The notes: generated by a model not told the origin, from the letters alone. Positions 11,498 through 25,550 are shown, counted from the first letter of the whole stretch. The stretch: 56,459 nucleotides of DNA, filler included, from Sphacelaria rigidula (GCA_964200075.2; 5 parts of 5 records of this genome joined end to end with filler, not necessarily neighbours in it); one strand, 5' to 3'. Made by a program: numbers and translations.

Positions 11498-13409
11498 GTT
11501 GGCAACTTTGGGGGCAAAGCGCTCTCCCGGGTGTAATTTATCTCTGGAGTTTGACCTTTGGGACCTCAGCAATTTTGTACTTCAAAGTACTTGTATATTA
11601 TATAGTATAGACCATGACCCGAGATCGATGAAAATCACCCGCCGTAACACTGACACTTTTGTTCTCAGCTATATACATCGCACAACTCTATATACTGTCT
11701 GTAGCAAAGAGCACGAGTTGGGCACAGGGATATACATACACACCGCCGTGGTTGGGTATGAAGTATTTCTTGTTGGTGCATGGAAACTTGAGCACCTTCT
11801 TTCATGGTCGCCCGGCGCATCGCTTGCACGCATCACCGTATGTAGTTGATGCATGGGTGCAGGTATTGTCAGAACAAAGCTGCACGTTGTTCAAGTCCTT
11901 TTCACGTCACAGTGTAGGCAGATAACAGATATATAGTCCTGCGCTGTCTATACTGTACTTTCCCCGCCTCCTTTCCATGCCCTGCTCACTGCATGCTGCA
12001 CTGCTTCCGTGCGCGCGCCCTGTGTAAACTCTGTAGTTGTACCCCTGACGGTATATAACACCCCCGTATATCGAAATATAGGTTGCAGCATATATCCACA
12101 TTGCATAGTAATATGTAGCGCATATGCCGCGCTCACTCTACAGTATATAGCACTTGACGTATAAGCAAGCGATATTGCTTGTCCTGCATGGTATTGAACA
12201 GTTTATTGTTGTGATTATATAGACCACGGCTGGATCTCTGGTGCGGGGTCAGGTTTGTGTTACTGGTAGACGCTGGACCGCGGGGTTTTCATAAGCTATG
12301 TGCATTGCTATGCGAGGTATATACTGTCAAACCAGCATCTTAACCACGCGTGCAGCGGAAGTATCGCTTCGAAGCATAGGCGTGTGTATCGTGGTATGCA
12401 CTAGCAGAGCAAGCCGCACCCCTCAAGAAAGAGATGTGACAAGCTGATCCTGTGTTTTCGACTTGTTAACTCAAGGCAGTAAGCTTCTCTCACACACGGC
12501 ACACAGTAGCAGCTACAACTGCTATTGCGCGCAAGCACCGAGTCCTTTCAGAAAAGGGAAAACCAAAAGATACACAGGGATTATGGTACACGTAACTCAC
12601 TTCTTGAGTAACAACTTGCAGGCCAGAGGATGAGACGTTAGTAAAGCAGATGAAAACTGATGGCCCTTCTTGTAATCAGTCCTACGAAGCCTGCTTTCTT
12701 TGACCGATGGACTGCAAGTGAAGGAGGTGGGTAGCACCAGCTGTGGGTCGCTGTTTTGTCAGCACGTCCTCCTGCCTCGCTTACAACCTTGTCATAATAC
12801 AAAATCAGCGTGACGCGCCGTGCCTTTAGCCAATCAAAGCTGCAGTAGCAGCAGGTACACGCGGCTAATCGGGTACAATCCTCATCCAACTTGTGAACTC
12901 CTGGATCAACGCTTCAACAATCCAATTTCTATCGTACACAAGCACACATTCGACTAGGATCTTTTTATACCCGCCGATCGTTCGTCGATGATCGTGGTAT
13001 CCCACTATACTAGTTTAATTCTCGCACGCGATCATATACCATCTCATTAGCCCACCCTGGATCGTGATAAGTGCAGTTCCTTTTCAGAAGGAACCAACGT
13101 GCATCGAGACACACCACTCCCACACCACAGAAACTGAGATTCATTTTGAACATCAAGTATTCTTTCGATATGGGGAGCGAAAGGGTACGACCAACACAAA
13201 GAAACAAGAAAAACACAAACACAAAAACGAAGCAAAGAGGAAACAAATCGAACCGATACAAGAATTCAGTGTCCTGATGTTTCGCATTTCAGACGGAGCC
13301 ATGGGAATTCCAAAAACAACCACAAAAATAAAAAATCAAGAATCAAAACCATATACCAAAAACATGCAGTGTCCTCCAGAATGCCGTGAGCATGTTCAGA
13401 ATGCCGTGA

Positions 13410-13666
13410 GACTCTTTTTACGATAGCCCCCCCCCAGAAAAGTGCACGGTTTTGAGAGGCATGATCTTCACGTAACTCGAAATGGCAAAAGCCGAGCACA
13501 ACGAGCAGCTGGGAACTCCCACGCTTGGGTTCGTTCTAGCCAATGTCGCCAATATGAGGCGCGTCATGTAGCCTGAACCCAAACACCAGGCGCTCTATGG
13601 CCATTTTTTTCGTGGCAATTTTGGGCTGTTTTTTTTTTTTGGGGGGGGGGTATCGTAGAAAGTGTC
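13410..13666. mobile_element. MITE, 257 bp, 4-bp TSD GTGA
   Basis: TIRs gactctttttacgatagcccccc / ggggggtatcgtagaaagtgtc; GTGA at 13406-13409 and 13667-13670. Confidence 0.85.
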
Positions 13667-14346
13667 GTGAGCATGTCCGAGATAGTCACAGAAATCAGAT
13701 ACCCATAATTGAAACGATCATCCTACCCTGCCATAACTATATCATGAATATAAGAGTTCCCTCTGTTTTGGATGTCCGATTTGTTTTAGGTCATTGGTAG
13801 AAAAGCAAGCAAGCCCGCCAAGGCATTAGATCACTCCGATAACCAAGTTCATGCTAATCACTCGTCCCAGTCAATCAGCAAAAGTCAATAACGTACAGCC
13901 GATTTCGTCGCGAAAAAGCTAGTTTTCCGCGAAAACCATACGTTGAAAAAAAAAACTAAAGAGCATGATACGGACAAATCAACCCGTTTGACGTGAGATA
14001 ATTGTCGGTACATGTTTGTGAGAGCAACGACTTGCTTGGGTTGTCTGGGCGATGATCCAGTCGTACAGCACTTTTTTTGTTTCTCACACGATGAGATACG
14101 AAAACAACCGACCGGTTTAAGAGGTCAGGTGTCCGTATACGTCAATAGAAACGTAATGGAGTCAATACACAACCCTCGGGCCTACTACGTAGTTCCGGGG
14201 CGGATCACCCAACACATTTCTGAACCACGACTAATACACAGGACAAAGAGGACCAACGCAGCCCACTCCTCACAGTATTTGCCCGTTCGGACTTAAACGA
14301 GACTGGCCCAAACACAACCTGGGGTAAAAGCCACAGCCGGTCGTAC

Positions 14347-14712
14347 CGTCACGTTACTTTGTCCAATAATCCCTGATAAAAACAAAACACCACCGACCGA
14401 TTTCATGGGCGGGTAATTGTACGCAAAAACTGGTAAAAGTGATAGAAAAAAAAAAGCAAGAGGCGGACTCTGAGCCTGTAGGTTGTACCAATGGTCGACT
14501 ATCGACATGGCGGAACGGACAGTTTCGGAAGAGCAATCTACCGTATCATGATACGTAATGGTCCTGTATGGGGAGACGTTTGCAACCGATCATACCGCGA
14601 CTTCAATGACAATTCTGCAACACCGTTACGTACGACGCGGCCAGTAGTGACCTCGTTGTACTTACCGTTCACCAACGTATAAATCATCCGTTGCGTCGCA
14701 TTACCCGTGACC
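14347..14712 (-). mobile_element. Possible degenerate 3' LTR of Gypsy copy B
   Basis: A minus-strand purine run (tatagggggg) precedes gtcacgg; the other end reads cgtgac; both terminal TG/CA bases are altered. Confidence 0.3.
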
Positions 14713-14999
14713 CCCCTATAAACGAGGTCGGTCACACGTGTGCAGGATTCGCACAAAAAAGTAAGCCAAGTGTTCTAGACTCGATGGCCAGGAACGTTGG
14801 AACACTCATGGCGAAATTCCTGACATAGACGCAGACACCAAAACCAAAATAATACAAAATCAGGGGCACGCTGGGCGACAGCGAAAACGAAATATCAGCA
14901 ACATGAAGCAGATAAACAACACGTGGCGACCGTCCTTGTAAACGGGAGCGTTTATCGTGTGTACGAAGCAAGTAGGGTCAAAAGTTTCAGCCAAGAAGG

Positions 15000-17900
15000 T
15001 CGAAACATTTTAGACACTCGGCTTCGGTTACTATCGCCCATGGTAATATATTACCCAACGTAGAAAAGAAGACACGTCACGACCGATGAAGAGGGAGGCG
15101 GTATTCGCGTACGGAGCGATTGAGTAAGAGCGCAAAGGTTCCAGACGTAGACGTCAGGCATGTCTAGGGCTCGCTCCGGAAAATCTTCATTATTCATCGA
15201 CAAGAAAAAAAATCGAAAACAAAACACGAGGCGAAAAGAGAAGAAAAGAAAAAGGGAGCACAAAAAGAAAAAGGGAGACAAGCACACATAAAAAAAAATG
15301 ACGCAAAGTCAAAAATAAGCAAAACATGAAGTGAGGGTCCAAAGCCAAAAAAAAAAAAAACATAAGAAAAAAATACAAAATATAAAATACAAAATACAAA
15401 ATAAAAAACACAACATCTACCCACTAAAAGTACGGAGCTAATCAGTACGAAAAAAAGAAATGAAGGGGAGGAGGGGAAACACATGGTTTTCCAACGACGC
15501 TACGGCGCAAGACAAGCGACTCGAACATGGTACACTACGCAAGGTGATTGGGGAAGCAGACTCGGATGCGGCATCATGAGTCTTCTGCATCCCGAGCGGT
15601 GTCCGTGTTGCGTATCACGACTGTGTCGAGATCGCCTTGGTCGTGTAGTTGGAGGCACCGGGATCCGCGGCGGCCGGTCGGCACCTCGGTGTAGTAGGCA
15701 TCGTCCAAGCGAATCTTAAGGGGGCTCGGGTCATCAAGGAAACGGATAAAGTAGGAGTCGTCAGATGCAGGATCGACCAATTGAATCTTACCTAACCACT
15801 ACAGTGAATCCAAGGCCTTATACCAAAAGTACGCCCCCTTTGGCAAGCGTTGTCCGTGAAAAGACTGCATGTATTATGAACGCGAAAGAAGACTATAGCC
15901 TGTTACAACACACCGCTCTGAGTGTTCACGTGCCAGTTCTCGAGCGGCAGCTCCTTCGCGCATAGATCGATATCTCTTATTCAACGGACGGTATTGCACG
16001 GCATCTCCTACCCAGTACAGCAATATTTTTCGACGAAAATGACGCAAATCAACTTCACACTCCCATGTACCACGCATGATACCCTTCCAATGTGTTTGAT
16101 ACATTACCGCTATGTTACCACCACGACCGCGAACCAGTTGATGGCCCCGACTCCAATCTACCTCAACGCGTTTCAGGGGTGCGTCCGCATCCTCGACCGT
16201 CGTATGATACGGCGGAGTTTTGATCGCATACTTGGTTAACACACACTGGCTAAGCCCCAGCGGCGGTTGTCTGGGCATGTCACAGGAGTCATGAGGGGGG
16301 ATACACGCTTTGCATCGTAGCATGGAGACGCGATTCTTCGGTTTCAAACCAGGTTCATCCGTCGAAAAATCTAAATACAAAAGTTTCGTTCCCACCGGAC
16401 TCTTGTTGGGTGCGGTAGCGCTTGGACCAACAGCTAAAATTTCCCAAGGACCAGTCCCATTCAAGGATAGTTTCGCCTTCAACACTTTGTCCAAAGAGGA
16501 TGATTTTGAGCTTGCCCCTTGATTAATGATCTTAATATCGTTATATACCCATGCCCATTGGCCTACCTTCCACACCGGGCGGTTATGTACCACACCATCC
16601 AACATTGAGTTCGCCCTGGCCACCTTGACCGAATTGATTTGGTTCTGTTCTCGTCCCACTTCACATGCAAGACGAAGACGATTGCTCACCGACAAATGAT
16701 ACTCTACAACAGCACGATCCAGACTCTGATTTCCGCCTGTATTTTTGCGTTCGAAAACCGTTAAAGGCAACCTAGGCATGCGACCAATATGAAATTAATT
16801 CAGTGACAATCCCGTAGCGGCATTGACTGAATTGTTATAGGTCATTTGGACAAGGAGCAGGTGCAGATCCCAGTCCATCTGTCTCTCATTTGCTACAGCA
16901 GCAAGCATTGGTGGAACGGTGATATGAACTAATAAAAATGCGATGGGCACTGGAAAGGTCACTGACGGCGGCTAAAAGTTTGCGTGAAAAATGCGGGCTG
17001 TTGTCAGACAGTAAGCGTTTGGGCACACCCCACTGTGGGATGTACATGTATACAAGAATTTTGGCGGTACCTTCCGCGTTATAGCTACTAGCAGGGACAG
17101 CGTGCATCACCGCATGTCGATTAAATCTATCCGTAAACAACAAAATATACTTATTCCCACTATGCGTCAGGGGCAAAGGACCGAAATAGTCCAACGAAAC
17201 TACTTCACCAGGCCCGTTTGGGAGTGGCATGGAAACAATCGGCCAACGAACTGTTTGACGGGAAGGTTTTCGCGCCTGCCACAAAAGACAACGCCTCACC
17301 CACCAACGATAACTCTGATCCATATAAATCCACCAATAAAAACGTTCCAACATCTGGGAGGTCCTAATGGTGCCTAAATGAGTCGATGCCTGTGAATGGC
17401 ATTCGTGTAGAACCCATCGGCGCAGGAGCATCGGGACATAGATGCGGATGGGTTCATCACCTAGCAAACGGGCATGTCGACTTGTAGGCTCCCCCCTTGG
17501 GAGGGCTGCTGTGGTCGGCGAACTAACAGACCTATACCATCATCATCCGTATGCACGATACCTTTCCGTGAAAGTTCAGTAACTTCATCCTTTGTGGGGA
17601 CCTTGAGATTCCCGACTGGCAAAAGGGATTCGGTTTCTGAGAATGGACATGGGCAACCTTTAGAGAGATATTGGATAGCTGATTTACAAGCGGGTTCTGC
17701 CTGCTGTTCCCGGGCCCAATCGGCGTGGGAGAAGAGAGTCAAACGTTCGTTGAATACGCCATCTGTTGAAGCGTCTACTTCGTGTTGGGTCGGTTCGGGG
17801 CGGGGTTGGCACGAAGCGGTGATTTCGGAATCAAGGGTGAGCCTACCAGTTGATGTACTCTCAGAGGGAAGGTTAATGTCTTCTCCTGCGTCGATTAGCG

Positions 17901-20900
17901 TGGAGGGTGTTGTGGTGGTGTTTGCAATATCATCACCAAGGGAGGGGAGCATAGCCGTGGTTTCGGCTATGGTTGGCAGGGGCGGCACGGTTGGGGTCGA
18001 GTTTCTGGGGGCTTTGCGTCGTGGAGGTTGAGGAGGCGCAAGGAAACTATCGGGGACCGGGGTGGGGGCAAGGAGGGGAAGGTCAGGACCAGATACCGCG
18101 AATTTGGTGGCCGTTTCGGCGGTCTGTCGTCCACGAGTCCTACTCGAATCAAATCTCGATTTTGACGGAGTGAGCAAAGGGCGGTTCTACACCTGCTGCG
18201 AAACCATGCGCTGGCCAGTTGCACGAAAATGACCAAAGCCAGCAGTATTCGTAGACAGTCCCTTCCAAACTGGGTACAACGATCGAGGTTTCAAGCTGCC
18301 CAGAACTGATACGTGGGCTGTAGTCGTCAGCCCAACCATGCCTAAAGCCGGCGTTTCTCTCAGTGAGAGTGGTTTGTAGAGACCTCTATGTCCATTCCTG
18401 GTGAAGAAATATACAATATCTTCGGTGGGATCGGTGATACGTCCCATGGTGGATTCATCGATAGGTTGAGCCGGTGTGGGCAAATGTGACAGAAAGTCGG
18501 CGTTTGCATTTTGCGGGCCTGTGCGATATTTCAACTGGAAGTTGTAAGACGACAGGATTTCAAACCAGCGTTGTACCCTAGCGTTGTGTTTCGCCATTTT
18601 GGCGACGCTTTCCAAAGACTTATGATCCGTATAAATCACAAACGGGATGTCATACAAATACTGACCCAGACGTCGCACGCCCCAAACAACTGCGCCGGCC
18701 TCTTGTTCAATGACAGACCAATTCTGTTCATTTGGAAAAGTGGTGCGACCCAGATGTATAGTAGGACGAACAGTAGCATCGTCTTGCTCCTGTTCTAATG
18801 TGCAGCCAAGCCCAATTTTGGGAGAATCTGTGAGGAGACGGAAAGGGCGGGAACCTTGCTCCGCTGCCGACCAGTCGGGGAAGACGAGAATCGGCGGGCG
18901 CGAAAGGGTGTCAAGAATACGGCGGGCGTTTTTTTTCCATCTCCGTTGTGAACACAAGTTCCACCCCTTTTTTGAGGAGGGTGGTGAGGGGTTTCAGAGA
19001 ATTGGCAAGGTTTGGCAAGTACTGTCTGTAGTAGCTTAGACCTCCCAACAAGGAACGCAGTTGAGAAATGTCCAGTGGCATGGGCATATCGGCGAGTGCG
19101 GCGACCCTGTCGAGGTTTGGGCTACGACCTTCGGGGGTGATGCAATGACCCAATAACTCAATCTTCGTGGCGCCAATGCGGGATTTGGAGGGGGCGAGTT
19201 TCAAGTTGTGTTGTTCAAACCAGTTAGAGAATTATGCCAACTGTTCCACATGTTCGGCCGGTGTGGAGTCGTGGCACTCCGCATCATCGAGGTACATATG
19301 GCATTTGGGCAATCCATTAGTGACACGGAACATTACACGTTGAAACGGACCTGGAGCTCCGGCGGCAGCTTGTGGTGTAACCAGCCACTCGTACAAACCT
19401 GATGGCGTGCAAAACGCTGTCAGTTCAATGGAATTTGGATCCATCACGAGTTGGTGGTAGCCGGACTGCATGTCAAAGTTCGTAAATACCTTACCCCCGC
19501 CAAGAGAGTCAATAATTTCATCAATCCGTGGAAGTGGCAGCCGGGCGATTTTGGTGACAGCGCTCAATCGTTAATAATTGACCGTCAGTCTGAATTTGCC
19601 ATTTTTCTTACGGACGACTACTAAAGGCGAGGTCCACGGAGGTGTCGAGTGCCGAATGAAACCGGCGGATAAGTAACCATCGAGAATTACCTGGATCTTG
19701 TCCACTAAGAGGGGGTTCATACGGTACGGATGCATAGCGATAAGCGGAGTGTCATCAGGGACTTTGATCTTGAACGGTGTCGTGGTACATCGACCTAAAT
19801 CCGAGGGTGCTGTAGAAAGCCGTTCAGAATATCTAATCAAGATGGATCTCAATCTATCGATTACAGTGGGTTTTCAACCATCGCCGGATAGATCAAAAAC
19901 AATATGCCGCAAATGAGGGGGGATGTCATCCCACAACTTTTGAAAGCTAGCGCGTTCTTCTGGGGGAAACCTATCCAGTAATGCAGTTGGGGGTATGGGT
20001 TCAGGCGCACCTGGTGGATTTGTCACCACCATGGGGTCAGGCATGCGTAGCGGAGGGGGGCCCGTGGATTTCGGGGGGTCGGCTGTCGAGTAGTTGTCCG
20101 CAGGGGGGCACACATCTGACAGGGCGGTTCGTATAGGAGGCGCTTGAGCATAACCCAACAACTGACCGTTGAGTATATCGAAACATGCAGTGGACGTGAG
20201 GTAAATGGCCTGCCTACCTTCATGAGCAAAGACTTCGATCTGTTCAAACGGACCAACCTGTGCTTGGTCAGGTTTGAGCAATTCGACCAAATAGTGTCCT
20301 GTGAGGGCGGGCGATCCATTGCGTCTCACGAGGTTCACATGGATAAGTTGGGGTTCACGAGAAAGCAAGACTGCAGGTTCACCAGTATAGTATAGACGGA
20401 AAGCATTACCTGTTTGCGTGGGGTCATCCTCATAGGCATGAGCTCCCGAATCAGTGTCGAAGTGACCCAGTCACAGTTCTCCTGTGACTGGACGGTTCGG
20501 GACAGGTGTGTCCGACGTACACGTGTGTGTGGCAAAACGAAGCCAACTATCTGGACCCAATAAAACATCAAAAGACATGGAACCGTCGGGCACAATTAGT
20601 GCCCATACGGACAACCGAGCAGTGGGAGTAGTATCCTGGTAGAAGTGTACACTTAGTCTCACCGATTGGTTAACCGTAAGAAATGTGGAGGAACCAAATC
20701 CACCAAAACACGAGGGTGCACGGTGGACAGACAATGCTCGTCCGCCGCGCCCGCGTTGATCATTTTGCCAGCAGTTGGCTGTAATGAACGTTTGAGGTGA
20801 ACCAGAGTCTGGTAGTGCAAGAGCTATCAAATGGCAGTTTGCGCGCGTTTCATTGTGTAAACCTACTTTGGTCGTGAAAGAAGCATCATCCGTAGTTGCA

Positions 20901-22300
20901 GTACCACTGACGAGATCGGACCCGAATTCGGGTAAGACATCTGACACATCCTGCTTTGCATTTTGAACGAAGGCGCTAAAATACACCCGTTGATGATCCT
21001 GTGGGACAAGATTTTGGTCGGAAGGATGGAGCGTGCATGGAGTGTCAGTGGTTTTTGCCTGGAATATTTGTCTCATCAGTCGAGGGTGGAACCTCATATA
21101 CTGCAATGGAGGGATGATGCCGGGGAAGGGCAGTTGTCGTGGTTGGACCCGACAACTGATTTGTGCGTGGTGTTTCATCCTTTTTGACCAACAGAGGGGG
21201 CGAATAGTCATTGTGCAAGGCGGGATCATTTACATTATCCAGCTTGGTCAGAACGGGGGAAGATTCATCGGGGCGCTGTGTTGAGTTTGATACGCCAATC
21301 AACTCAATACCGTCGCTAGTTAGGGCCAACATGGGAGGTTTTGGGGACGATTCGTCAGGACGCGGGGTTGGTAGAGTGTTCAACCAGGCGTCTATTAAAG
21401 GGGCCAACGTCGGCGAGTTAGGAGACGAGTCGTCTTGCGTAACACTTTGTCTGCCTGGTGACGAACACACAATTGAAGTGTCTTCATGACTAGGATGCGA
21501 ACGTCCATGAGTCGGCGAAGTCTCTCTCCCTACAGACGGCGACGCTTCATCGGAAATGGGTTCTAACGCAGCGTACGAGGGGTGGTCAGGGAGCGGTAAC
21601 GATCTGTTCGAAATCTAGGGAATACCGGCCTGTTTCACTCTAAGGTTTTCATCTGTCTGAGCCCACACGCAATCTCTTCCTTGGAGTTCACGTGCGCTTT
21701 CTACATCAGGGTTATCTACATGACCAGCTGGAGGAGCCCGCCTAGGGTGACATGTATAGCGCACGAAAGGGTCGGCGGCTCCAGGAGCTATTGAAATGAG
21801 TTCTCGGACAGTCGAACCTAGGTCACGCTCTTGGCGCACCACCTGAGTCGCTGTCACTTGGGGTTCCATTCCAACCCGTTGAGCGACGGAAAGCATGGGA
21901 TCTTTGCGGTTGCGACCCTTCAAGGAATAATTACGCTAATCAAATAGAAGGGAACCGGGTCCCGTACTTTTTGCGGAACTCGGTAGGGTGGTTAGCTGGG
22001 CACTCGAGCAGTTGGGGGGTGCTTGAGTGTGTAGCTTTGACTTTGGTATCCCCCACTGAACAGGCGAAGGGGCAGCGTCTACCGTACCAGAAGACATTTC
22101 GGCTCTGGATGCGTTAGAAACTGCACTACATGACTTCCTCTCCTCCGAAGGGAAGGGGTTCGATTGAATATGATTAGTACCTGGTGGATGTAAAACTGGG
22201 TGATCACATCCAGGATTAAAACGTTGGGTTTGGTCACTGCTCATTTGATAACCATGCAACGGTGCACGGGCCTCGACTGTCTTGGAACCCTTCAAGGTAG
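15000..22300 (-). mobile_element. Ty3/Gypsy retrotransposon, copy B (same lineage as copy A, decayed)
   Basis: LPDSGSPQTFI protease; RT HSTPPWTSPLVVVRKKNG and YLDD (about 19283-19294); RNase H QNANADFLS; integrase DYFGPLP and LLSDN; chromo- and PWWP-like tail; T-rich 3' UTR at 15190-15480. Confidence 0.95.
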
Positions 22301-22526
22301 GAGTCATCCTACGATAGGGGGGGGGTATTTGGTTGCACATAAAAACGAGGCTCATTAGTGTGTCAGACATCATTCCACACTTGCGTTGCGCTCGTATTTG
22401 GTTCCAAACGGTGTAAGGTAGTATGAATGAGCGTTATTGATCCACGACAAGCTTGTTCGAACAACCGTTGCTGCTTTCAACGACGTTCTGACTCGAAATT
22501 TCGAGCAACAAATGGCCCAAAATACT
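22301..22526. mobile_element. MITE with GAG..CTC termini (Sola-like), truncated by contig end
   Basis: Starts gagtcatcctacgatagggggg; internal sequence aligns with the full copy at 28588-28841. Confidence 0.7.
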
Positions 22527-22626
22527 NNNNNNNNNNNNNNNNNNNNNNNNNNNNNNNNNNNNNNNNNNNNTTAATTAATTAANNNNNNNNNNNNNNNNNN
22601 NNNNNNNNNNNNNNNNNNNNNNNNNN
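22527..22626. other. Artificial contig linker
   Basis: N44-TTAATTAATTAA-N44. Confidence 0.98.
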
Positions 22627-22697
22627 ACGACAATCTGACTCGAAATTTCGAGCAACAAATGCCCCAAAATACCCCCACCCCTATCGTAGGATGGCTC
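22627..22697. mobile_element. Right end of the same MITE family
   Basis: Ends ccctatcgtaggatggctc, the reverse complement of the left TIR. Confidence 0.7.
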
Positions 22698-24364
22698 TTG
22701 TATGGATTAATTGCCAAGGAAGCATTCACGAACACGGAAGACGAGGATACCCATGAGACAACTGGCGTGATTGGGGCGGTTTCATTCGCATGGCAGCCCT
22801 CTCGGAGTGAAGCGTGGCCAATGATTTGATTCATGCCTGCCGTCCCCTTCTGAGTCTATAATCCCCATACCACAAATCTTCGATGTCTGTCATGTCGTCT
22901 CGCTATGTAGTACAGGACGCCACGCTCGTTTCATGACCAAACCACGGACGCGTTATATTCCATTTGATGCAAAGTTACAAAACCTCTCGCAGTACTGCAC
23001 TGGCTCTACGGTAAACGTGCACGGGAACAATGACCACTTAGGCGAACGCCCCGCTCTCCCAACTCGCAACGTTTCCGAAGCATGCTCTGTTGCAAACCTT
23101 GCGGGCCCTTGTTGTCCGTGTACATGAATCGTAAAAGCTACGTCGCGCTGTCTACAAGCGCAGTACTATTACAGTGATGATGTCGGCAATCACTCCGTCT
23201 TCGGTTTACGCTGGGCATGCTTCGTCAATACACTCATGCTCATGCCGTTAGCCATGTGTTTGTTCGCACATCAGCTCCTGTGGGTTAAAAATATGATCTG
23301 TTTTTGACTCCGAGTACTTAGACACATGTATCCCGTGGTGCGTGTACTGGTTGTGTTCGTGTGGGTCTACTGCATCCGCTGTACCAAAACAAAAGGGGTG
23401 GTGAACTATACGAGCAAGCGGTGTCAGCGCGTACAGTACACCACTGTAAGAACACGACACGTTTTTCCCGAAAGATACTTCTTGGCTCAGCGTGCAGCTG
23501 CGGTATATCGGTAAGTACAAGGAAGCACAGGAGCCCTGCCACTTGTAGGTTTTGTTTGACCGGTACTGTTCTACAGCGCGTTCAACGCTTCTTGTTTCCT
23601 GGTTGATGATGGTGGCTGTACTGCGCCATTTCCTTCGAGGGGACTACTGCGACGCATGAGGTTGTACTGGTGACCCACACCTTCCTGTACTGATCCACTC
23701 GTGTGTTTATACGAGACCTTTCGACTTTATCAACCATGGGGACCATTTGCAGCTCTTGCGCGCGCGGGATGCGGGTCCCAAGATACTGCGTTTTCGGCGT
23801 CATTCTCATGTGATGGGGAATGAGACACGTTGACCACACGTGCGTGGGGAAACGCCACCTAGAATTCTTTACTGTAACGATGTTCAGTACCAAAAGGATT
23901 AGATTCAAATTATGGACGTTCCCATTGGCCCGCATGGAACTCAAGATAGCTGCCATACCACCTAGTCGAAGGGCTCAGGAAAATGTTTCGTCTCGGACCT
24001 TTCTCCGTTTACATTTTCAAGAAGTCGTTCGGCTGAAGTCACGAGTAGCACGAAATAGTGTGCACCTCATGGTTTGTCTATAATAACGCACTATGGGTGT
24101 TTCTCACCGTAGTCACTTGCATTGCCTATCTAACCCGCTTTTTGGCTTTTCACGGTCATTCGCGACCGCAGCACCATTTGTGCTCAGCAAACAGAGCAAA
24201 AATAATACATCATCGACATGTAGCCTGCGGACGCACTAACCTCCCCTCCCGCTGGCGCCATCTGCGTCTGCTATTTTCCTCGTTCATTTGCTCCTATGAG
24301 TTATTTCGTATCCCGTACAGAAGTTCTACCGCCTACATGACCTTCGGCAATTCCTCTTTGTCAG

Positions 24365-24555
24365 GTGTGTCACTCTCTTCTAGACCGGTCCTGGATACCC
24401 AACACGACAGTCTCGCAGATCCTGAGCTGCGTGTACGGGTTGCTCATGTACCCGGACCACGACGACCCGCTGGACTCCACGCTAGCGCTCCAGATGTACG
24501 CCTCGAGTGAGGAGTACAAGGCAGACATCGTCAAGCATGTATCGATTCACGCCAG
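24365..24555 (+). CDS. Exon of an E2/UBC-domain plus TPR-like protein (C-terminal half of the UBC domain, including the active-site Cys)
   Basis: tttgtcag| VCHSLLDRSWIPNTTVSQILSCVYGLLMYPDHDDPLDSTLALQMYASSEEYKADIVKHVSIHA |gtaagg; fits the UBC pattern C..IL...W.....I..+L..+..LL..P..DDPL. Confidence 0.88.
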
Positions 24556-25210
24556 GTAAGGACTGTGCATCTTGAGTCACGTATCTTCTGGGAAATGGGT
24601 GTTAGCCGTGTAGATACGCATGAGTCCTGAAGCAGTCCGGGTACGGGCGTCACGTTGATCAACTCTTGATTTGGCGAATGAGACCATTCTTCGCACCCGT
24701 TGTGAAGTACATTTGTGGTTGACAGTCCTCATCCAGAAAAGCAACACGCCGTTGATCCCCGAGGTATCCATACCACAATTCGCATGTAATTCTTGTGCAC
24801 TTTTTTGTTTAGATCTCTTGTCTCTGCATAACTCCCGCCTCCTCCTTCACCTCCCGTGGAAGGACAGTGAACATATGTCCAAGTCTTTCTGATCATTAAT
24901 CAGCGATGGGCAACGACCCGCATGGTTTTTTTCGGTCGCGCCCAACTGTCGGGGGAAAACGTCACGCTTTTATCGCAGTGTGACATAAATGTATGTATAT
25001 ATATATATATGCACTGTCACCACTAAACCTTCTCCGAATTTTTTGCAACAAAACACCGTCTCGTTTTGTGCGGAAATTAAAAACCTGTGCTTGATTGAAC
25101 GGATCACAACTACTCCGATGCGACTGTGCAAAAACGCCATCTGCTTTACCGCACTTTGAATTATCTATACACTGCCCCTTTCCCTCTCCCGTTTGCATGG
25201 CGATTTTCAG

Positions 25211-25337
25211 CAAGCCGCGGGCTGTTTGGAATACTGAGCTAGAAGCAGAGGGTATGCCTTCGACGGATCGGCAAGTGGCAGGTGAACTGGCGCTGACTAC
25301 GGCCCAGGCGGCGCTTCGGGCAGGCCATATCGACCTG
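25211..25337 (+). CDS. Next exon of the UBC-TPR gene
   Basis: ttttcag| (S)KPRAVWNTELEAEG...AALRAGHIDL |gtgagc; phase 2 to 0, compatible with both neighbouring exons. Confidence 0.75.
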
Positions 25338-25550
25338 GTGAGCTGATGTCTGTGTTTTTGTGTTACACATTTGAGGCAGGTGAGCCACCGCGCCCCGGTG
25401 GCCAGTCGACCTGGTGGACATCATCACTAAGTTGGGGAGAACTTTGAGGTTCGAATCCCGTCAGTAGTACAGTCTTGTTTTGTTCTGGTTAATCTTGTAA
25501 AGGGTGTGAGAACCGCGTGCTCTTTGGACCGCATCCTAATTTGAACACCC

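Noticed and set aside
15051-15484. Phe-rich 'membrane protein' ORFs, also at 13010-13426, 48970-49350 and 53482-54400
   Set aside because: Translation artefacts of A/T-skewed low-complexity tracts such as retrotransposon 3' UTRs.
22478-22697. Near-identical sequence on both sides of the second gap, suggesting contigs 2 and 3 overlap
   Set aside because: Both ends lie in one MITE family, the overlap has mismatches (acgttctg vs acaatctg, atggccc vs atgcccc) and the outer flanks (gtag vs ttgt) do not form a TSD; these are different copies.
23582-23960. Possible hAT transposase C-terminal remnant, and a similar hint at about 12560-12950
   Set aside because: Only vague resemblance; no diagnostic motif survives.
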